The position numbers and the translations under genes are program-made. Below are positions 1 to 11,200 of a stretch of DNA of 64,000 bases, piece by piece (position 1 is the first letter of the stretch; each line of letters opens with the position of its first letter). Location: the NCBI GenBank assembly GCA_964057225.1, contig OZ059900.1:21080001-21144000 (forward strand). The letters are read 5' to 3'. The DNA comes from Auanema rhodensis (Eukaryota; Animalia; Nematoda). Below the pieces are notes generated by a model. It made no database searches. It was not told the origin of the DNA and was given only the letters and a program-made list of their open reading frames with translations.

Positions 1-3000
1 AAAATTAAGGAAATTAGCATATTCTGAGGGCACGCCCCTTATGGCTAATATTGATTAAATCGATTTTTGTTCATATGAGTCGTCAAATGCAACGAATTTC
101 AGCGTGTTACATACTTAAATGAAGCATTTTACATGCTGAACACTAGAAAAATACAAAAACACAGTATTTCTCATGAGAAATATTTTATTATGCTGGAAAA
201 CCAGTTTTTGGAAATTTCGCTGTAAACAAGGTTTTGACTTACGATTTCATGTGTTCAAACTCATGCAATGTCAATGAAACCTAGCTCAAAATTGTTTGTA
301 CAACGTCTAGTTCCACTTTCACGACAAAAAAAACAGGGGTTAGAAAATTAAGGAAATTAGCATATTCTGAGGGCACGCCCCTTATGGCTAATATTGATTA
401 AATCGATTTTTGTTCATATGAGTCGTCAAATGCAACGAATTTCAGCGTGTTACATACTAAAATGAAGCATTTTACATGCTGAACACTAGAAGAATACAAA
501 AACACAGTATTTCCCATGAGAAATATTTTATTATACTGGAAAACCAGTTTTTGGAAATTTCGCTGTAAACAAGGTTTTGACTTACGATTTCATGTGTTCA
601 ACCTCATGCAATGTCAATGAAACCTAGCTCAAAATTGTTCGTACAACGTCTAGTTCCACTTTCACGACAAAAAAAACAGGGGTTAGAAAATTAAGGAAAT
701 TAGCATATTCTGAGGGCACGCCCCTTATGGCTAATATTGATTAAATCGATTTTTGTTCATATGAGTCGTCAAATGCAACGAATTTCAGCGTGTTACATAC
801 TAAAATGAAGCATTTTACATGCTGAACACTAGAAAAATACAAAAACACAGTATTTCCCATGAGAAATATTTTATTATGCTGGAAAACCAGTTTTTGGAAA
901 TTTCGCTGTAAACAAGGTTTTGACTTACGATTTCATGTGTTCAACCTCATGCAATGTCAATGAAACCTAGCTCAAAATTGTTCGTACAACGTCTAGTTCC
1001 ACTTTCACGACAAAAAAACAGGGGTTAGAAAATTAAGGAAATTAGCATATTCTGAGGGCACGCCCCTTATGGCTAATATTGATTAAATCGATTTTTGTTC
1101 ATATGAGTCGTCAAATGCAACGAATTTCAGCGTGTTACATACTAAAATGAAACATTTTACATGCTGAACACTAGAAAAATACAAAAACACAGTATTTCCC
1201 ATGAGAAATATTTAATTATGCTGGAAAACCAGTTTTTGGAAATTTCGCTGTAAGCAAGGTTTTGACTTACGATTTCATGTGTTCAAACTCATGCAATGTC
1301 AATGAAACCTAGCTCAAAATTGTTCGTACAACGTCTAGTTCCACTTTCACGACAAAAAAACAGGGGTTAGAAAATTAAGGAAATTAGCATATTCTGAGGG
1401 CACGCCCCTTATGGCTAATATTGATTAAATCGATTTTTGTTCATATGAGTCGTCAAATGCAACGAATTTCAGCGTGTTACATACTAAAATGAAGCATTTT
1501 ACATGCTGAACACTAGAAAAATACAAAAACACAGTATTTCCCATGAGAAATATTTTATTATAATGGAAAACCAGTTTTTGGAAATTTCGCTGTAAACAAG
1601 GTTTTGACTTACGATTTCATGTGTTCAAACTCATGCAATGTCAATGACACCTAGCTCAAAATTGTTCGTACAACGTCTAGTTCCACTTTCACGACAAAAA
1701 AAACAGGGGTTCGAAAATTAAGGAAATTAGCATATTCTGAGGGCACGCCCCTTATAGCTAATATTGATTAAATCGATTTTTGTTCATATGAGTCGTCAAA
1801 TGCAACGAATTTCAGCGTGTTACATACTAAAATGAAGCATTTTACATGCTGAACACTAGAAAAATACAAAAACACAGTATTTCCCATGAGAAATATTTTA
1901 TTATGCTGGAAAACCAGTTTTTGGTAATTTCGCTCTAAACAAGGTTTTGACTTACGATTTCATGTGTTCAAACTCATGCAATGTCAATAAAACCTAGCTC
2001 AAAATTGTTTGTACAACGTCTAGTTCCACTTTCACGACAAAAAACAGGGGTTAGAAAATTAAGGAAATTAGCATATTCTGAGGGCACGCCCCTTATGGCT
2101 AATATTGATTAAATCGATTTTTGTTCATATGAGTCGTCAAATGCAACGAATTTCAGCGTGTTACATACTAAAATGAAGCATTTCACATGCTGAACACTAG
2201 AAAAATACAAAAACACAGTATTTCCCATGAGAAATATTTTATTATGCTGGAAAACCAGTTTTTGGAAATTTCGCTGTAAACAAGGTTTTGACTTACGATT
2301 TCATGTGTTCAAACTCATGCAATGTCAATGAAACCTAGCTCAAAATTGTTCGTACAACGTCTAGTTCCACTTTCACGACAAAAAAACAGGGGTTAGAAAA
2401 TTAAGGAAATTAGCATATTCTGAGGGCACGCCCCTTATGGCTAATATTGATTAAATCGATTTTTGTTCATATGAGTCGTCAAATGCAACGAATTTCAGCG
2501 TGTTACATACTAAAATGAAGCATTTTACATGCTGAACACTAGAAAAATACAAAAACACAGTATTTCCCATGAGAAATATTTTATTATGCTGGAAAACCAG
2601 TTTTTGGAAATTTCGCTGTAAGCAAGGTTTTGACTTACGATTTCATGTGTTCAAACTCATGCAATGTCAATGAAACCTAGCTCAAAATTGTTCGTACAAC
2701 GTCTAGTTCCACTTTCACGACAAAAAAACAGGGGTTAGAAAATTAAGGAAATTAGCATATTCTGAGGGCACGCCCCTTATGGCTAATATTGATTAAATCG
2801 ATTTTTGTTCATATGAGTAGTCAAATGCAACGAATTTCAGCGTGTTACATACTAAAATGAAGCATTTTACATGCTGAACACTAGAAAAATACAAAAACAC
2901 AGTATTTCCCATGAGAAATATTTTATTATGCTGGAAAACCAGTTTTTGGAAATTTCGCTGTAAACAAGGTTTTGACTTACGATTTCATGTGTTCAAACTC

Positions 3001-5468
3001 ATGCAATGTCAATGAAACCTAGCTCAAAATTGTTCGTACAACGTCTAGTTCCACTTTCACGACAAAAAAACAGGGGTTAGAAAATTAAGGAAATTAGCAT
3101 ATTCTGAGGGCACGCCCCTTATGGCTAATATTGATTAAATCGATTTTTGTTCATATGAGTCGTCAAATGCAACGAATTTCAGCGTGTTACATACTAAAAT
3201 GAAGCATTTTACATGCTGAACACTAGAAAAATACAAAAACACAGTATTTCCCATGAGAAATATTTTATTATGCTGGAAAACCAGTTTTTGGAAATTTCGC
3301 TGTAAACAAGGTTTTGACTTACGATTTCATGTGTTCAAACTCATGCAATGTCAATGAAACCTAGCTCAAAATTGTTCGTACAACGTCTAGTTCCACTTTC
3401 ACGACAAAAAAACAGGGGTTAGAAAATTAAGGAAATTAGCATATTCTGAGGGCACGCCCCTTATGGCTAATATTGATTAAATCGATTTTTGTTCATATGA
3501 GTCGTCAAATGCAACGAATTTCAGCGTGTTACATACTAAAATGAAGCATTTTACATGCTGAACACTAGAAAAATACAAAAACACAGTATTTCCCATGAGA
3601 AATATTTTATTATGCTGGAAAACCAGTTTTTGGAAATTTCGCTCTAAACAAGGTTTTGACTTACGATTTCATGTGTTCAAACTCATGCAATGTCAATAAA
3701 ACCTAGCTCAAAATTGTTTGTACAACGTCTAGTTCCACTTTCACGACAAAAAACAGGGGTTAGAAAATTAAGGAAATTAGCATATTCTGAGGGCACGCCC
3801 CTTATGGCTAATATTGATTAAATCGATTTTTGTTCATATGAGTCGTCAAATGCAACGAATTTCAGCGTGTTACATACTAAAATGAAGCATTTCACATGCT
3901 GAACACTAGAAAAATACAAAAACACAGTATTTCCCATGAGAAATATTTTATTATGCTGGAAAACCAGTTTTTGGAAATTTCGCTGTAAACTAGGTTTTGA
4001 CTTACGATTTCATGTGTTCAAACTCATGCAATGTCAATGAAACCTAGCTCAAAATTGTTCGTACAACGTCTAGTTCCACTTTCACGACAAAAAACAGGGG
4101 TTAGAAAATTAAGGAAATTAGCATATTCTGAGGGCACGCCCCTTATGGCTAATATTGATTAAATCGATTTTTGTTCATATGAGTCGTCAAATGCAACGAA
4201 TTTCAGCGTGTTACATACTAAAATGAAGCATTTTACATGCTGAACACTAGAAAAATACAAAAACACAGTATTTCCCATGAGAAATATTTTATTATGCTGG
4301 AAAACCAGTTTTTGGAAATTTCGCTGTAAACTAGGTTTTGACTTACGATTTCATGTGTTCAAACTCATGCAATGTCAATGAAACCTAGCTCAAAATTGTT
4401 CGTACAACGTCTAGTTCCACTTTCACGACAAAAACAGGGGTTAGAAAATTAAGGAAATTAGCATATTCTGAGGGCACGCCCCTTATGGCTAATATTGATT
4501 AAATCGATTTTTGTTCATATGAGTAGTCAAATGCAACGAATTTCAGCGTGTTACATACTAAAATGAAGCATTTTACATGCTGAACACTAGAAAAATACAA
4601 AAACACAGTATTTCCCATGAGAAATATTTTATTATGCTGGAAAACCAGTTTTTGGAAATTTCGCTGTAAACAAGGTTTTGACTTACGATTTCATGTGTTC
4701 AAACTCATGCAATGTCAATGAAACCTAGCTCAAAATTGTTCGTACAACGTCTAGTTCCACTTTCACGACAAAAAAACAGGGGTTAGAAAATTAAGAAAAT
4801 TAGCATATTCTGAGGGCACGCCCCTTATGGCTAATATTGATTAAATCGATTTTTGTTCATATGAGTCGTCAAATGCAACGAATTTCAGCGTGTTACATAC
4901 TAAAATGAAGCATTTTACATGCTGAACACTAGAAAAATACAAAAACACAGTATTTCCCATGAGAAATATTTTATTATGCTGGAAAACCAGTTTTTGGAAA
5001 TTTCGCTCTAAACAAGGTTTTGACTTACGATTTCATGTGTTCAAACTCATGCAATGTCAATAAAACCTAGCTCAAAATTGTTTGTACAACGTCTAGTTCC
5101 ACTTTCACGACAAAAAACAGGGGTTAGAAAATTAAGGAAATTAGCATATTCTGAGGGCACGCCCCTTATGGCTAATATTGATTAAATCGATTTTTGTTCA
5201 TATGAGTCGTCAAATGCAACGAATTTCAGCGTGTTACATACTAAAATGAAGCATTTCACATGCTGAACACTAGAAAAATACAAAAACACAGTATTTCCCA
5301 TGAGAAATATTTTATTATGCTGGAAAACCAGTTTTTGGAAATTTCGCTGTAAACTAGGTTTTGACTTACGATTTCATGTGTTCAAACTCATGCAATGTCA
5401 ATGAAACCTAGCTCAAAATTGTTCGTACAACGTCTAGTTCCACTTTCACGACAAAAAACAGGGGTTAG

Positions 5469-8204
5469 AAAATTAAGGAAATTAGCATATTCTGAGGGCA
5501 CGCCCCTTATGGCTAATATTGATTAAATCGATTTTTGTTCATATGAGTCGTCAAATGCAACGAATTTCAGCGTGTTACATACTAAAATGAAGCATTTTAC
5601 ATGCTGCACACTAGAAAAATACAAAAACACAGTATTTCCCATGAGAAATATTTTATTATGCTGGAAAACCAGTTTTTGGAAATTTCGCTGTAAACAAGGT
5701 TTTGACTTACGATTTCATGTGTTCAAACTCATGCAATGTCAATGAAACCTAGCTCAAAATTGTTCGTACAACGTCTAGTCCCACTTTCACGACAAAAAAA
5801 CAGGGGTTAGAAAATTAAGGAAATTAGCATATTCTGAGGGCACGCCCCTTATGGCTAATATTGATTAAATCGATTTTTGTTCATATGAGTCGTCAAATGC
5901 AACGAATTTCAGCGTGTTACATACTAAAATGAAGCATTTTACATGCTGAACACTAGAAAAATACAAAAACACAGTATTTCCCATGAGAAATATTTTATTA
6001 TGCTGGAAAACCAGTTTTTGGAAATTTCGCTGTAAACAAGGTTTTGACTTACGATTTCATGTGTTCAAACTCATGCAATGTCAATGAAACCTAGCTCAAA
6101 ATTGTTCGTACAACGTCTAGTTCCACTTTCACGACAAAAAAACAGGGGTTAGAAAATTAAGGGAATTAGCATATTCTGAGGGCACGCCCCTTATGGCTAA
6201 TATTGATTAAATCGATTTTTGTTCATATGAGTCGTCAAATGCAACGAATTTCAGCGTGTTACATACTAAAATGAAGCATTTCACATGCTGAACACTAGAA
6301 AAATACAAAAACACAGTATTTCCCATGAGAAATATTTTATTATGCTGGAAAACCAGTTTTTGGAAATTTCGCTGTAAACAAGGTTTTGACTTACGATTTC
6401 ATGTGTTCAAACTCATGCAATGTCAATGAAACCTAGCTCAAAATTGTTCGTACAACGTCTAGTCCCACTTTCACGACAAAAAAACAGAGGTTAGAAAATT
6501 AAGGAAATTAGCATATTCTGAGGGCACGCCCCTTATGGCTAATATTGATTAAATCGATTTTTGTTCATATGAGTCGTCAAATGCAACGAATTTCAGCGTG
6601 TTACATACTAAAATGAAGTATTTTACATGCTGAACACTAGAAAAATACAAAAACACAGTATTTCCCATGAAAAATATTTTATTATGCTGGAAAACCAGTT
6701 TTTGGAAATTTCGCTGTAAACAAGGTTTTGACTTACGATTTCATGTGTTCAAACTCATGCAATGTCAATGAAACCTAGCTCAAAATTGTTCGTACAACGT
6801 CTAGTTCCACTTTCACGACAAAAAAACAGGGGTTAGAAAATTAAGGAAATTAGCATATTCTGAGGGCACGCCCCTTATGGCTAATATTGATTAAATCGAT
6901 TTTTGTTCATATGAGTCGTCAAATGCAACGAATTTCAGCGTGTTACATACTAAAATGAAGCATTTTACATGCTGAACACTAGAAAAATACAAAAACACAG
7001 TATTTCCCATGAGAAATATTTTATTATGCTGGAAAACCAGTTTTTGGAAATTTCGCTGTAAACAAGGTTTTGACTTACGATTTCATGTGTTCAAACTCAT
7101 GCAATGTCAATGAAACCTAGCTCAAAATTGTTCGTACAACGTCTAGTCCCACTTTCACGACAAAAAAACAGGGGTTAGAAAATTAAGGAAATTAGCATAT
7201 TCTGAGGGCACGCCCCTTATGGCTAATATTGATTAAATCGATTTTTGTTCATATGAGTCGTCAAATGCAACGAATTTCAGCGTGTTACATACTAAAATGA
7301 AGCATTTTACATGCTGAACACTAGAAAAATACAAAAACACAGTATTTCCCATGAGAAATATTTTATTATGCTGGAAAACCAGTTTTTGGAAATTTCGCTG
7401 TAAACAAGGTTTTGACTTACGATTTCATGTGTTCAAACTCATGCAATGTCAATGAAACCTAGCTCAAAATTGTTCGTACAACGTCTAGTTCCACTTTCAC
7501 GACAAAAAAACAGGGGTTAGAAAATTAAGGGAATTAGCATATTCTGAGGGCACGCCCCTTATGGCTAATATTGATTAAATCGATTTTTGTTCATATGAGT
7601 CGTCAAATGCAACGAATTTCAGCGTGTTACATACTAAAATGAAGCATTTCACATGCTGAACACTAGAAAAATACAAAAACACAGTATTTCCCATGAGAAA
7701 TATTTTATTATGCTGGAAAACCAGTTTTTGGAAATTTCGCTGTAAACAAGGTTTTGACTTACGATTTCATGTGTTCAAACTCATGCAATGTCAATGAAAC
7801 CTAGCTCAAAATTGTTCGTACAACGTCTAGTCCCACTTTCACGACAAAAAAACAGAGGTTAGAAAATTAAGGAAATTAGCATATTCTGAGGGCACGCCCC
7901 TTATGGCTAATATTGATTAAATCGATTTTTGTTCATATGAGTCGTCAAATGCAACGAATTTCAGCGTGTTACATACTAAAATGAAGTATTTTACATGCTG
8001 AACACTAGAAAAATACAAAAACACAGTATTTCCCATGAAAAATATTTTATTATGCTGGAAAACCAGTTTTTGGAAATTTCGCTGTAAACAAGGTTTTGAC
8101 TTACGATTTCATGTGTTCAAACTCATGCAATGTCAATGAAACCTAGCTCAAAATTGTTCGTACAACGTCTAGTTCCACTTTCACGACAAAAAAACAGGGG
8201 TTAG
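5469..8204 (+). repeat. Local higher-order repeat: 4-monomer (1368 bp) unit x2, with a third copy at ~10941-12308
   Basis: Linked variants cagagg / gaagtatttt / catgaaaaa; the cagAgg marker lies at 6488, 7856 (+1368) and 11960 (+4104). Confidence 0.85.
5811..6152 (+). repeat. Representative consensus-type 342-bp monomer (monomer positions cited elsewhere are numbered from its first base)
   Basis: Carries the majority allele at the variable sites inspected. About 117 G+C of 342 (34%), 10 CpG, many A/T tracts of 4-7 nt, one ClaI (ATCGAT) and one NdeI (CATATG) site per unit. Confidence 0.95.
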
Positions 8205-11200
8205 AAAATTAAGGGAATTAGCATATTCTGAGGGCACGCCCCTTATGGCTAATATTGATTAAATCGATTTTTGTTCATATGAGTCGTCAAATGCAACGAA
8301 TTTCAGCGTGTTACATACTAAAATGAAGCATTTTACATGCTGAACACTAGAAAAATACAAAAACACAGTATTTCCCATGAGAAATATTTTATTATGCTGG
8401 AAAACCAGTTTTTGGAAATTTCGCTGTAAACAAGGTTTTGACTTACGATTTCATGTGTTCAAACTCATGCAATGTCAATGAAACCTAGCTCAAAATTGTT
8501 CGTACAACGTCTAGTTCCACTTTCACGACAAAAAAACAGGGGTTAGAAAATTAAGGAAATTAGCATATTCTGAGGGCACGCCCCTTATGGCTAATATTGA
8601 TTAAATCGATTTTTGTTCATATGAGTCGTCAAATGCAACGAATTTCAGCGTGTTACATACTAAAATGAAGCATTTTACATGCTGAACACTAGAAAAATAC
8701 AAAAACACAGTATTTCCCATGAGAAATATTTTATTATGCTGGAAAACCAGTTTTTGGAAATTTCGCTGTAAACAAGGTTTTGACTTACGATTTCATGTGT
8801 TCAAACTCATGCAATGTCAATGAAACCTAGCTCAAAATTGTTCGTACAACGTCTAGTCCCACTTTCACGACAAAAAAACAGGGGTTAGAAAATTAAGGGA
8901 ATTAGCATATTCTGAGGGCACGCCCCTTATGGCTAATATTGATTAAATCGATTTTTGTTCATATGAGTCGTCAATTGCAACGAATTTCAGCGTGTTACAT
9001 ACTAAAATGAAGCATTTTACATGCTGAACACTAGAAAAATACAAAAACACAGTATTTCCCATGAGAAATATTTTATTATGCTGGAAAACCAGTTTTTGGA
9101 AATTTCGCTGTAAACAAGGTTTTGACTTACGATTTCATGTGTTCAAACTCATGCAATGTCAATAAAACCTAGCTCAAAATTGTTTGTACAACGTCTAGTC
9201 CCACTTTCACGGCCAAAAAACAGGGGTTAGAAAATTAAGGAAATTAGCATATTCTGAGGGCACGCCCCTTATGGCTAATATTGATTAAATCGATTTTTGT
9301 TCATATGAGTCGTCAAATGCAACGAATTTCAGCGTGTTACATACTAAAATGAAGCATTTTACATGCTGAACACTAGAAAAATACAAAAACACAGTATTTC
9401 CCATGAGAAATATTTTATTATGCTGGAAAACCAGTTTTTGGAAATTTCGCTGTAAACAAGGTTTTGACTTACGATTTCATGTGTTCAAACTCATGCAATG
9501 TCAATGAAACCTAGCTCAAAATTGTTCGTACAACGTCTAGTCCCACTTTCCCGACAAAAAAACAGGGGTTAGAAAATTAAGGAAATTAGCATATTCTGAG
9601 GGCACGCCCCTTATGGCTAATATTGATTAAATCGATTTTTGTTCATATGAGTCGTCAAATGCAACGAATTTCAGCGTGTTACATACTAAAATGAAGCATT
9701 TTACATGCTGAACACTAGAAAAATACAAAAACACAGTATTTCCCATGAGAAATATTTTATTATGCTGGAAAACCAGTTTTTGGAAATTTCGCTGTAAACA
9801 AGGTTTTGACTTACGATTTCATGTGTTCAAACTCATGCAATGTCAATGAAACCTAGCTCAAAATTGTTCGTACAACGTCTAGTCCCACTTTCACAACAAA
9901 AAAACAGGGGTTAGAAAATTAAGGGAATTAGCATATTCTGAGGGCACGCCCCTTATGGCTAATATTGATTAAATCGATTTTTGTTCATATGAGTCGTCAA
10001 ATGCAACGAATTTCAGCGTGTTACATACTAAAATGAAGCATTTTACATGCTGAACACTAGAAAAATACAAAAACACAGTATTTCCCATGAGAAATATTTT
10101 ATTATGCTGGAAAACCAGTTTTTGGAAATTTCGCTGTAAACAAGGTTTTGACTTACGATTTCATGTGTTCAAACTCATGCAATGTCAATGAAACCTAGCT
10201 CAAAATTGTTCGTACAACGTCTAGTCCCACTTTCACGTGAAAAAAACAGGGGTTAGAAAATTAAGGAAATTAGCATATTCTGAGGGCACGCCCCTTATGG
10301 CTAATATTGATTAAATCGATTTTTGTTCATATGAGTCGTCAAATGCAACGAATTTCAGCGTGTTACATACTAAAATGAAGCATTTTACATGCTGAACACT
10401 AGAAAAATACAAAAACACAGTATTTCCCATGAGAAATATTTTATTATGCTGGAAAACCAGTTTTTGGAAATTTCGCTGTAAACAAGGTTTTGACTTACGA
10501 TTTCATGTGTTCAAACTCATGCAATGTCAATAAAACCTAGCTCAAAATTGTTTGTACAACGTCTAGTCCCACTTTCACGGCCAAAAAACAGCGGTTAGAA
10601 AATTAAGGAAATTAGCATATTCTGAGGGCACGCCCCTTATGGCTAATATTGATTAAATCGATTTTTGTTCATATGAGTCGTCAATTGCAACGAATTTCAG
10701 CGTGTTACATACTAAAATGAAGCATTTTACATGCTGAACACTAGAAAAATACAAAAACACAGTATTTCCCATGAGAAATATTTTATTATGCTGGAAAACC
10801 AGTTTTTGGAAATTTCGCTGTAAACAAGGTTTTGACTTACGATTTCATGTGTTCAAACTCATGCAATGTCAATGAAACCTAGCTCAAAATTGTTCGTACA
10901 ACGTCTAGTTCCACTTTCACGACAAAAAAACAGGGGTTAGAAAATTAAGGAAATTAGCATATTCTGAGGGCACGCCCCTTATGGCTAATATTGATTAAAT
11001 CGATTTTTGTTCATATGAGTCGTCAAATGCAACGAATTTCAGCGTGTTACATACTAAAATGAAGCATTTTACATGCTGAACACTAGAAAAATACAAAAAC
11101 ACAGTATTTCCCATGAGAAATATTTTATTATGCTGGAAAACCAGTTTTTGGAAATTTCGCTGTAAACAAGGTTTTGACTTACGATTTCATGTGTTCAAAC

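Noticed and set aside
5811-6152. 5S rRNA, tRNA or snRNA tandem gene cluster
   Set aside because: No recognisable 5S, tRNA cloverleaf/A-B box or snRNA sequence; 34% GC throughout.
5811-6152. Assignment to primate alpha satellite or a named satellite family or species
   Set aside because: The 171-bp sub-period matches alpha satellite in length only; I do not recognise the sequence and cannot run a database search.
6140-6185. Telomere-like motif (ggggttag) or G-quadruplex at the monomer junction
   Set aside because: A single degenerate motif, not tandem; at most three G-runs (only in the ggg variant) with long loops.
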